A stretch of DNA of 64,000 bases, taken from NCBI RefSeq assembly GCF_002087085.1, contig NZ_MWQY01000008.1, forward strand, positions 62,001-126,000, given 5' to 3'. The notes under the pieces were generated by a model. It saw only the letters and a program-made list of their open reading frames with translations. It was not told the DNA's origin and ran no database searches. The position numbers and the translations under genes are program-made. This document shows, piece by piece, positions 47,434-55,995 of this stretch (position 1 is the first letter of the stretch; every line of letters starts with the position of its first letter).

Positions 47434-49056
47434 ATGAGAGCCTTCCACAGGTATGTGCACCGTTTCCTTTTCACCATAACCTCCGCGGCAGTGATACTTT
47501 TTCTAGCCTTTGGCCTGTTTCTGTTCTACGACAGATCGACACGGATAAATTCCGACACCCTCCGGGACGAACTGGGCTTTATCAATGTCCTTATCCGAAG
47601 CGTTCATGATCATGCCAGACTGGGAAATCGGGAATCCCTGGAAGCGATGAACAAGGCGGCGGAAGAGGCGCGCCGGGCACTGCCGCCGCGGTTCTTTGAC
47701 AGCGGCACTGAGACCTTCCTCCACCAGCTTGCGGACTCCCCCAGCGAAGAGGAACTGCGGGCGGCGGTTACGGAACTCGGCGGTATTGCCCGCAGGATCA
47801 GCGCCTCCTACTACGAGAACCGCGAACAGAGCAGGCTAGTATTCATCGGCTTCGGCCTTTCCATGATGGTGCTTGTGGGAATACTCCTGGCCCTGGCCCT
47901 GCGCTTTCACCTGGAACACACCCGCTATGTAGGAAGAGGCGCGAAGCTTCTGGAATCCCTGGAGAGGATACTGAATTTTGAGTCCGAGAACATCGACTTC
48001 AGCCCCCGATGGCTGGAAGAAGAGGAACTCCTGAGACAGGTAGAGGGGATAGCCGCGGCCCACCGTTCCAACAGGGAGCTTGCCGAACACAGGGTCTACG
48101 GAACCCTGGAGGCTTTTATTCCCCGCATGCGGGAGATCCTCTCCCACAGCGTCCCCTGCGACCGCCTGGCCGTCGCCTTTGTGGACACCGCCGGACATGT
48201 CATCGCGGAATCCGCCTCCAGCGTACTGCCCGTAACCCATCTTGAGCCGGGCTTTATCGAAGAGCTGAAGGATACCAGCCTGGGATCGATTCTGACCAGC
48301 AGGAAAACCCGTATAATCAACGATCTTCCCCGGCACTACGAAGAGATACACCAGTCCGAATCTACTAAACTTATCCTGGAGGAAGGAATCAGGGCCAGCA
48401 TCACGGTACCTATCGAGATCCAGGAGATTATGGCCGAAACCACCCGGGCCTTTGTTTCTCTAATGGAGCGCAAGGACAACGAGACCTCCCTGCATATTAT
48501 CAGGATGTCCCGTTATTCCTACATCCTGGCCCGGGAGCTGGCGAAGAGCGATTCATCCATTACTCCCATGATGCTGCGGGAGATCCTCTGGTTCGCCCCC
48601 CTCCACGACATAGGCAAGATCGGGATACCCGACAGGGTCCTGCAGAAAAACGGTCCCCTCGACGGCAGAGAGAGGTCGCTTATCGAGGACCATGTCAATA
48701 TAGGCCTTTCGGTCATTCACAGCATGAACTCAGGGGTAAACAGGATCATAGACCTGGAACTCCTGAATACCGCGGAAAACATCATAGCCAGCCATCATGA
48801 ACGCTTCGACGGCACCGGGTATCCCAGGGGACTCGCAGGCAAGGATATTCCCGTCTCCGGACGTATCGTCGCCCTGGCGGACGTTTTTGATGCCCTCACC
48901 TCAAAACGGCCGTACAAGGAGGCCTTTTCCATCGATAAGTCCATGGGAATCATCGAGGCGGGCCTGGGCAGCCATTTCGATCCCGACGTATACGCGGCCT
49001 TCCTGAAGGCCCTGCCGGAAATCCGCCTTGTGTATGACAGATACAAGGAGATTTAA
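47434..49056 (+). CDS. Membrane HD-GYP phosphodiesterase with partial GAF domain
   Basis: Two TMs; PLHDIGKIG, HHERFDGTGYP, ADVFDALTSKRPYK. Confidence 0.9.
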   Translation: MRAFHRYVHRFLFTITSAAVILFLAFGLFLFYDRSTRINSDTLRDELGFINVLIRSVHDHARLGNRESLEAMNKAAEEARRALPPRFFDSGTETFLHQLADSPSEEELRAAVTELGGIARRISASYYENREQSRLVFIGFGLSMMVLVGILLALALRFHLEHTRYVGRGAKLLESLERILNFESENIDFSPRWLEEEELLRQVEGIAAAHRSNRELAEHRVYGTLEAFIPRMREILSHSVPCDRLAVAFVDTAGHVIAESASSVLPVTHLEPGFIEELKDTSLGSILTSRKTRIINDLPRHYEEIHQSESTKLILEEGIRASITVPIEIQEIMAETTRAFVSLMERKDNETSLHIIRMSRYSYILARELAKSDSSITPMMLREILWFAPLHDIGKIGIPDRVLQKNGPLDGRERSLIEDHVNIGLSVIHSMNSGVNRIIDLELLNTAENIIASHHERFDGTGYPRGLAGKDIPVSGRIVALADVFDALTSKRPYKEAFSIDKSMGIIEAGLGSHFDPDVYAAFLKALPEIRLVYDRYKEI

Positions 49057-50435
49057 TCCAGCACTTCGTACTGGCCCATCATTCCGGCATCTTCATGTTC
49101 CAGCAGATGACAATGGTACATGTAAATCCCCGGATATTCGCCGAACTCCATGAGAAGCCGGACCCGGTCCCCCGGCCAGAGCAGCACCGTATCCTTGAAT
49201 CCCGACAGTTCCGGAGGCGGCGGATCTCCGTTTATATCGATAATCCTGAACTGAAGCCCATGTACATGAAAATTGTGAGGGGTGTTCATCATCATTCCGG
49301 CGGTGCTGACCTCCCACACCTCGGTACTCATGGCGGCAACCCGTTCATCCACCCGGGCCATGTCCATTCTCCGGCCGTTTATTGTAAGGCTCCCACCGGG
49401 TCCCATGGTGGACATTACGAAGGAGCGCCTCCCCGCAGCCCGGGGAATCTCCGCCGCCGGCAGTGACGCGAGCCGGGAAGGAAGCTCTCCATTATTCCGC
49501 AGTTCATCGCCGGGATTCACAAGCAGGGCAGTATAAACTGCCCCAAAGGAGGACTCCGCCTGCAGGACTGTATTCCGCCCCTGCTGCTCCCTGAGGTCGA
49601 GGATCACTTCCGCCCGCTCTCCGGGAGAAAGAACCAGGGTTTTCAAGGGCACAGGTCTGGAAAGAAGCCCTCCGTCGGAAGCAATCTGGATGAACTCGGG
49701 ACCTTCGGGAAGACTCAGTCGCAGTATGGTGGAGTTGCTGCCGTTCAACAGCCTCAGGCGGAGCAGGCGGGTTTGGGCCCTGAAAACCGGTTCAATCCCT
49801 CCGTTTGTCAGCAGAACGTTGCCGCCGTACCCGTGTATTATATCCGGCATACGCGGTTCGTAGCGAAAGCCGCCGTCCCTGCTGAAACGCCGCTCCTGCA
49901 GTACCAGGGGGATATCATCGATCCCGTACTCATCCGGAAGACCTGCAGGGCCCGATGGATCAGTTACAATCATCATCCCCGCCAGTCCCCGGTAGACCTG
50001 TTCGGCCGTAGTCCCCATGCGATGAGGATGATACCAGAGGCTGGCCGCAGGCTGGTTTACGGTAAACTCGGCTATCCAGGTTTCCCCCGGTCCAATCGGC
50101 TGTCGGGGTCCGCCGTCCGCTTCAGCGGGAAGATAAGCACCGTGCCAGTGGACGGTGGTCGTTTCCCTCAGGCTGTTTCGTACGCGGATCGAAACCCTCT
50201 CCCCCTGTCTGAGATGAAGGGTGGGACCGAGATAATCGCCGTCATACCCCATGGTGGGAACAGGAATACCGGAGAAAAACTCCAGCTCCCCTTCAGATGC
50301 CGTAACAGTATATTCCCTGACTCCGTCGCTGCGAAGACGTCCCTCACGGAGGGGAGGAACAATCAGCGCCTCCCCCGGTTCAGCCTCCAGGGAAAAGAAG
50401 GTCAACAGGAACAGAATGAGCCATCGCCATTTCAC
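49053..50435 (-). CDS. Multicopper oxidase (CueO-like)
   Basis: HWHG, WYHPH, HNFHVH, HCHLLEHEDAGMM copper ligands. Confidence 0.93.
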   Translation of the reverse strand: MKWRWLILFLLTFFSLEAEPGEALIVPPLREGRLRSDGVREYTVTASEGELEFFSGIPVPTMGYDGDYLGPTLHLRQGERVSIRVRNSLRETTTVHWHGAYLPAEADGGPRQPIGPGETWIAEFTVNQPAASLWYHPHRMGTTAEQVYRGLAGMMIVTDPSGPAGLPDEYGIDDIPLVLQERRFSRDGGFRYEPRMPDIIHGYGGNVLLTNGGIEPVFRAQTRLLRLRLLNGSNSTILRLSLPEGPEFIQIASDGGLLSRPVPLKTLVLSPGERAEVILDLREQQGRNTVLQAESSFGAVYTALLVNPGDELRNNGELPSRLASLPAAEIPRAAGRRSFVMSTMGPGGSLTINGRRMDMARVDERVAAMSTEVWEVSTAGMMMNTPHNFHVHGLQFRIIDINGDPPPPELSGFKDTVLLWPGDRVRLLMEFGEYPGIYMYHCHLLEHEDAGMMGQYEVLD

Positions 50436-50532
50436 ACAAAACCTCCTGAAAGGCCTGAATCCGGTTCAGCCCCTTCAGGATAAATCTAATCACATTTGGC
50501 GTACCAGTCTAATATGAGGGCCCATGAATTGA

Positions 50533-51402
50533 TCAGGCGGATCTTCCCCTCTGCAGACGCAATCTCCGGAGAAGACTGCGGAGGCTCAGGGCCGCTACAT
50601 AGATTCCGCCGCTTACCAGGATGGTCATGGCACCGGTAGGGACATCCAGGGTGTAGCTGCTGTAGAGCCCTGCCGCATTGGAGACCGCGCAGATAATCCC
50701 TCCATACAGCATCATTCCCGACAGCCGCCGGGCAAAAAGACCCGCGGTGGCCGCAGGCAGGGTCAGCATGGCTATAACCATGACGATCCCCACGGTTGAT
50801 ACCATGAGCACCACAGTTACTGCGGTCAGGGTTACCAGAAGGATCATGAAGAACCCGGTGGGTACGTTTCTGGTTCTGGCATAGGGTTCGTCAAAACAGA
50901 CCGCCTGAAGCTGGGGGTAAAAGAGCAGAACCATGACTACCACCAGCAGATTGAGGACCATAATGAGCAGCAGGTCCCCCTTCCCTATCAGCAGTATGTT
51001 TCCGAACAGGTAACTCATGGGGTCCATGTACCCCGGGGTCTTTGCAATGAAGAGGAGACCGATGGCCATGCCCACCGCCCAGATGGCTCCAATTATGGTA
51101 TCCTCCCGCTCCGCTGCATAGAGGTTCACCAGGGCAATAATCCAGGCGGAGAGCAGGGCCGCCACGGTGGCCCCGAAAAGAGGAGAGACCCAGGAAATTT
51201 CATGAACCACCTTCAAATAGAGGGAGCCCCCCAGTCCGGCCAGGGCTGCATGGCTGACGGCGCCGGCGATATAACTGATTCTGCGGACAACTACAAAAGA
51301 GCCCACCATGCCGAAGGCCGCTGAGGAAAGGAGCCCTGCGATAAGGGCATAGCGGATAAAGGGCATGGAAGGATTGGTAAGGGCTTCAATAAATGCGCTC
51401 AC
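50533..51402 (-). CDS. znuB: Zn/Mn ABC permease (ZnuB-like)
   Basis: SHAALAG, YLFGNIL, FDE, LTLPAATA. Confidence 0.88.
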   Translation of the reverse strand: MSAFIEALTNPSMPFIRYALIAGLLSSAAFGMVGSFVVVRRISYIAGAVSHAALAGLGGSLYLKVVHEISWVSPLFGATVAALLSAWIIALVNLYAAEREDTIIGAIWAVGMAIGLLFIAKTPGYMDPMSYLFGNILLIGKGDLLLIMVLNLLVVVMVLLFYPQLQAVCFDEPYARTRNVPTGFFMILLVTLTAVTVVLMVSTVGIVMVIAMLTLPAATAGLFARRLSGMMLYGGIICAVSNAAGLYSSYTLDVPTGAMTILVSGGIYVAALSLRSLLRRLRLQRGRSA

Positions 51403-52166
51403 CGCTGTGCCTCCTCGCCGGGGTGGGGAAGTTTAATATCGTGACGGACAGCCCTTACGGACTGGCCGTAGGAGGCATGCACCAGATCGGCCCCGGCATC
51501 TTCGGCGGGATGCTCCTCAAGTCCCCGGTTCACACAGAAGACCCGGTCAGTAATCCCGGAAACATAGCCCGTATCGTGGGTCACCAGCAGCACGGTCCGC
51601 TCCTTTGCCAGCTCCGAAACCAGCTGAATAAAACGCTCGCTCATAAAGGCGTCCACGTTGGCGGTGGGTTCGTCAAGAAGCAGAATGCGGGGGTCCCCCA
51701 CAAGGGCCCGGGCGATCAGCACCCGCTGGCGCTGCCCCCCGGAGAGGGCGGAGAAGGAGTTTTTAGCCAGATCCTCCATGCCTACCCGTTCCATGGCCTC
51801 CCGGGCATGGCTGCGGTCTCCGGCGGAATAGAAGCCGAAGCGGGGCTTTATGCGCCCGCTTAAGACGACCTCCTCCACGGTTATGGGAAAACGCTCGTCG
51901 AAGCGGGCGTACTGGGGAACATACCCGATCAGGTGAAGGGCTTCCCTGGAGGGTTTTCCGAGGATTTCCAGGCTGCCGCTCCGGGGTTCAAGGATACCCA
52001 GGAGGATTTTCAGCAGGGTGCTTTTTCCCCCTCCGTTGGGACCCACAATGGTCACCATTTCGCCCGCCTGTACCTGGAAACTGACATCCTTGAGGACCGG
52101 CTTGTCATCGTAGGCAAAGGAGATGTTCCGGGCATGGATAACACAGCAGGGTTCGGGTTTGCTCAC
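51399..52166 (-). CDS. znuC: Zn/Mn ABC ATPase (ZnuC-like)
   Basis: GPNGGGKST, GYVPQ, LSGGQRQR, DEPT, VTHD. Confidence 0.88.
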   Translation of the reverse strand: MSKPEPCCVIHARNISFAYDDKPVLKDVSFQVQAGEMVTIVGPNGGGKSTLLKILLGILEPRSGSLEILGKPSREALHLIGYVPQYARFDERFPITVEEVVLSGRIKPRFGFYSAGDRSHAREAMERVGMEDLAKNSFSALSGGQRQRVLIARALVGDPRILLLDEPTANVDAFMSERFIQLVSELAKERTVLLVTHDTGYVSGITDRVFCVNRGLEEHPAEDAGADLVHASYGQSVRAVRHDIKLPHPGEEAQR

Positions 52167-53071
52167 CGGGAGACCCCCTGTGCTACTTCCCTGGCCAGGG
52201 ACCGCAGGGTTTCCATATAGTCCTCCGCCAGGGGAGCGACAGGTACGACAGCACCGTCAATGGCGTCGGCTACGGCCCGGGCGCTCTTTTCCGGAAATTC
52301 CGGCTGGACAAAGATCACCTTCACCTTCTCTTCCCGCGCCTCCATTACAACCTGTTCCAGAAGAGCGGGGCTCGGTTCCTTTCCTCCGGTTTCGATGGCT
52401 TCCTGGCGCAGTCCGTAACGGTCGGCAAAATAGCCGAAGGCAGGATGATAAACAAAGAGGAGGCTTCCCTTTGCGGGAGCGAGGATTTCCTCAAGCTCTT
52501 CGTGGAGACTGTCCAGATCGGCGGCGAACTTCCGGTACCCCTCACGATACGCGTCAGCTTTCCCGGGATCCAGTTCAATAAGCGCGTCCCTCATGACAGC
52601 CCCCTGCTCTTTGACAAGCAGCGGATCCATCCAGATATGGGGATCGGGTTCACCTTTCTCCTCCCCGTGTTCGTCCCCATGGTCATCATCATGGCCATGG
52701 GCCTCGAGGTAACGCTTGGTAATTCCCCGGTCGGTGGCCACTATCCGCAGGGACGTAAGGGTCGATGAGACCCTCTCCAGAAAGGCTTTCTCGAAGGAGA
52801 CACCTATAGTAAAAAAGAGGTCGGCCTTTCCCAGGGAGACCATCTGCCGGGGAGAAGGTTCGTAGGTTGCAGGGCTCTTTCCCGGGGGCACCATGACCGA
52901 GACATCCACATTTTCGCCGCCTATACTCTCTGCAAAATACTTTTGGGGCAGGATTGAGACAAAAACATTGATCCTCCCCCTCTCTGAAGAAGGAGCGTCC
53001 TTCTGGCCGCCGGCGGACAGAAGGGTCACTGAAGAAATTACAAGCACAAGAACTCTGAATAAACGGTTCAT
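52163..53071 (-). CDS. znuA: Zn ABC substrate-binding protein with His/Asp loop (ZnuA-like)
   Basis: YEPSP, HGHDDDHGDEHG, DPHIW, YHPAFGYF. Confidence 0.88.
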   Translation of the reverse strand: MNRLFRVLVLVISSVTLLSAGGQKDAPSSERGRINVFVSILPQKYFAESIGGENVDVSVMVPPGKSPATYEPSPRQMVSLGKADLFFTIGVSFEKAFLERVSSTLTSLRIVATDRGITKRYLEAHGHDDDHGDEHGEEKGEPDPHIWMDPLLVKEQGAVMRDALIELDPGKADAYREGYRKFAADLDSLHEELEEILAPAKGSLLFVYHPAFGYFADRYGLRQEAIETGGKEPSPALLEQVVMEAREEKVKVIFVQPEFPEKSARAVADAIDGAVVPVAPLAEDYMETLRSLAREVAQGVSR

Positions 53072-53074
53072 CTG

Positions 53075-53359
53075 TTACTCCTTGCCGTTTCCGGATTTTA
53101 GGGAAGCCTGATAGTCGCAAAAAAGAATTGATTCTCCGCAGCCGTCACCGCACTGTCCAACCCGATGGTGCCTGGAGAACTCCTTCCAGTGTTCCCGCTG
53201 GGAGGGACTCAGAATACCCGAACCCTGACAGAGGGGACAGGTGCTGTCCAGGGCTTCGAGCAGAGCCCTGCGGATAAACTCGGAACGGTTAGGCAATGCA
53301 TGCAGGAGTTCTGCAAGTCTCTCATCCGCCTTGAAGGTAACCACACTCTCTTTTTTCAT
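53075..53359 (-). CDS. Ribbon-helix-helix (CopG-like) regulator with Cys/His-rich C-terminus
   Basis: VVTFKADERLAELL..NRSEFIRRAL then CPLC...H..HH...CGDGC...C. Confidence 0.8.
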   Translation of the reverse strand: MKKESVVTFKADERLAELLHALPNRSEFIRRALLEALDSTCPLCQGSGILSPSQREHWKEFSRHHRVGQCGDGCGESILFCDYQASLKSGNGKE

Positions 53360-53380
53360 TTCGTACCTCTCGGGACCCTC

Positions 53381-53435
53381 GTATTACTTTGTATTACACT
53401 TCTTTAGATATACGTACATTGAGCATTACGGTCAA
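53381..53435 (-). promoter_or_regulatory. Promoter with GTAATRC boxes upstream of the RHH-znu operon
   Basis: Minus strand TTGACC-17-TATATC; GTAATGC next to -35; two GTAATAC boxes 10 bp apart downstream. Confidence 0.6.
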
Positions 53436-53566
53436 GAGGAAAAGGGGAAAATCTGTTTTATGACCATTTTTATAATGTTGCTGTTCCCTTTTTCCCCGGC
53501 TGGTTGTATTTTCTCAGTATGACTATGGGCAATGGACACGAAAACTTCTTCCGGAGCCGCTGAGCT

Positions 53567-54742
53567 ATGGCGGGAACCTATTTCGACTATGTAATCGTAG
53601 GCGCCTCCCGGGCAGGGGTAAGCTGCGCCGAAGGAATTCGCAGTCTTGACTCTTCCGGATCGGTTCTTCTGATCTCCCGGGAAAAGGTACTCCCCTACAA
53701 GCGTACCAAACTGAGCAAGGAGCTTCATAACAATTACGGGGACCAGGACTTTCTGCTCCATCCTCCCGGGTGGTACGAGGAACAGAGAATCACCGTCTAT
53801 CTGGGGGCCGAAGCGGTTGATCTGGCACCCCATATCTATACCCTCTTCCTGGCGGACGGGAGGAAGATCGCCTATGGCCGGCTGTGCATCGCCTCCGGAG
53901 CCTCACCCCTGGAAATTCCGGATCCTGCCCCTGTCCGGTACCTCAGGGAAAAAAGCGAAGGTCAGAGTATCTTCCGGGAGGCCCGGGACTGGCAACGGGT
54001 CTGTGTTGTGGGTAACGGTATTCAGGGCGTAGAACTCGCGGAGCAGTTCAAGCTCATGGGCAAGGAGGTCGACCTGACAGGACCGGATTCCCGACCCATG
54101 GCTTCCCGGGTCGACCCGGCCATGTCGAAGCTGATAGAGCAGGACCTCCTGGACCATGGCGTCCATGTCCGGAACCGCTATACCCTGAACGAGACCGGGG
54201 GCAGGTCCGAATGGGACGGTATCGTAGCCTCCGTGGGAATAAATCCCGCTGCCCTCTGGCTAAATGACTCAGGAATAGAGACATTGAGCGGGGTCGTGAT
54301 CGACACCCGTTGCAGAACATCCGAAGCTGAGATCTACGCCGCCGGAGACATCGCCGAGCCGGTATTTCCCTTTACCTCCGGTCTCTGGCACAGCGCTGAA
54401 TATCAGGGTTTTACCGCCGGTATCAACATGGCCGGGGGAGAAGCGGAACTCGAACAAAAACCCTTCCGATTGAAACTGGACCTTTTTGACCGGCACTTTT
54501 ACGCCCTCTGGTACAACCCTGCCCTGGAAGCAGATCCGGGAGTTGAATCAGTCAAACTCCAACAGGACCGGGATATGGAGTATTGTCGCATTTTTCACAG
54601 GGGAGATGATTTTGTCTCCGCACTCTACTGCGGCGACCCCTCCATAGGAAAAACAATCATCACGCCGCTGGTACGTCAGGGGGCAGCTTTCAGAGAGATT
54701 GTTGAGGGAATAGAAAAGCGACACGCAGTCCGGCCGGTTTAA
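53567..54742 (+). CDS. FAD-dependent pyridine nucleotide-disulfide/ferredoxin-reductase-like oxidoreductase
   Basis: VIVGASRAG, PYKRTKLSK, IASGA, IYAAGD. Confidence 0.85.
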   Translation: MAGTYFDYVIVGASRAGVSCAEGIRSLDSSGSVLLISREKVLPYKRTKLSKELHNNYGDQDFLLHPPGWYEEQRITVYLGAEAVDLAPHIYTLFLADGRKIAYGRLCIASGASPLEIPDPAPVRYLREKSEGQSIFREARDWQRVCVVGNGIQGVELAEQFKLMGKEVDLTGPDSRPMASRVDPAMSKLIEQDLLDHGVHVRNRYTLNETGGRSEWDGIVASVGINPAALWLNDSGIETLSGVVIDTRCRTSEAEIYAAGDIAEPVFPFTSGLWHSAEYQGFTAGINMAGGEAELEQKPFRLKLDLFDRHFYALWYNPALEADPGVESVKLQQDRDMEYCRIFHRGDDFVSALYCGDPSIGKTIITPLVRQGAAFREIVEGIEKRHAVRPV

Positions 54743-54814
54743 CAGACGCTGTATTTACCCGGCTTTCCACCTCTCCTCGATTGACTTGTCAGACACATTA
54801 TCAGATACTGAAAC

Positions 54815-55993
54815 ATGATGGACAACTACCGCTTTTCCGCCGATTTTCCCAGGGTATTCCGCTTTATCGTCATGATGTTTTTTGCAGTCTTTCCGAGACT
54901 GCTTCTTTCTCCCCTGCTCCTCCGCATATCCGCTGATCTTGGAATCAGCTACGACCAGGCTTCGAGCTTTTTTCTTACAAGTGCCGTCGGTTTTTCCCTG
55001 GGCCTCATAACTTCGGGATTCATCGCCTGCCGCCTGACCCATCATTACACCATATTAAGCGGTGCCCTGATGACGGGAATCAGCCTGTTTCTCCTGTCCA
55101 CGGTAACAAGCTTCCCGCTGTTTCACCTGTTCATGGGGCTACTGAGCTACTCCAACGGTCTGTACCACGGATCCGGTTTTGCGTCGGTTACCCGGATTGT
55201 TCCCGACAGATTCCGGACCAGGGCACTCTCCTTTCACGAGATGGGACCCAACGCGGCCTTCATTCTGGCCCCCATATTCTCCGCCCTCATGGCCCCCGTA
55301 CTCGGCTGGCGGGGAGTTCTCTGCGCTACCGGAATCGCGGCCTTCGGCGCCGCCCTGTTTTTTCTCCTGTCCGACAAGGGGCCGAACGACTGCGGAGCCC
55401 CGCCCAATTTTGCCAGCATCAGGCTTTTTGCCTCCGTACCGGAATACTGGATACTCCTGCTTCTGATAGCCATAAGCGTCTCCCTGGCTACCGGGGTTTT
55501 CTCTGTCCTTCCCACCTATCTGCAGGTGGAACACAATCTGCCGGAAAGAATGCTGAACACCCTGATCGGGTTTTCCAGGGTAACGGGATTCGCCTCCATC
55601 TACCTGGCAGGTCACCTGGCGGACAGGTTCGGATACAGGATAGTCCTGGCATCGATCCTGCTGTTTACCAGCGTACTTACCGTGCTCATCGGTTTTGTCT
55701 CCGGCCCGCTTTTGCTGGTGGTGGTTTTTCTGCAGCCCGCGGTAACCCAGTCCTTTTTTCCCGCCGCCCTCAGCGCCGTTACCAGGATAGCGAAACCGGA
55801 AGCCAGGAATCTTGCGGTATCCCTGGCCATTCCCCTGTCGAACATCCTGGGCGGAGGGCTTACCCCCATGGCCTTCGGGACTGCCGGAGCGGCGGGCTAT
55901 TTTTCCATCAGTTTCATCGTACTCGGGAGCCTGGGGATACTCAGCGTCCTTCTGCTGAGATCCCTTCCCGCGACCATACGGGAGCGCTGCTGA
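54815..55993 (+). CDS. MFS transporter
   Basis: About 12 TMs; GHLADRFGYR motif A. Confidence 0.9.
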   Translation: MMDNYRFSADFPRVFRFIVMMFFAVFPRLLLSPLLLRISADLGISYDQASSFFLTSAVGFSLGLITSGFIACRLTHHYTILSGALMTGISLFLLSTVTSFPLFHLFMGLLSYSNGLYHGSGFASVTRIVPDRFRTRALSFHEMGPNAAFILAPIFSALMAPVLGWRGVLCATGIAAFGAALFFLLSDKGPNDCGAPPNFASIRLFASVPEYWILLLLIAISVSLATGVFSVLPTYLQVEHNLPERMLNTLIGFSRVTGFASIYLAGHLADRFGYRIVLASILLFTSVLTVLIGFVSGPLLLVVVFLQPAVTQSFFPAALSAVTRIAKPEARNLAVSLAIPLSNILGGGLTPMAFGTAGAAGYFSISFIVLGSLGILSVLLLRSLPATIRERC

Positions 55994-55995
55994 GA

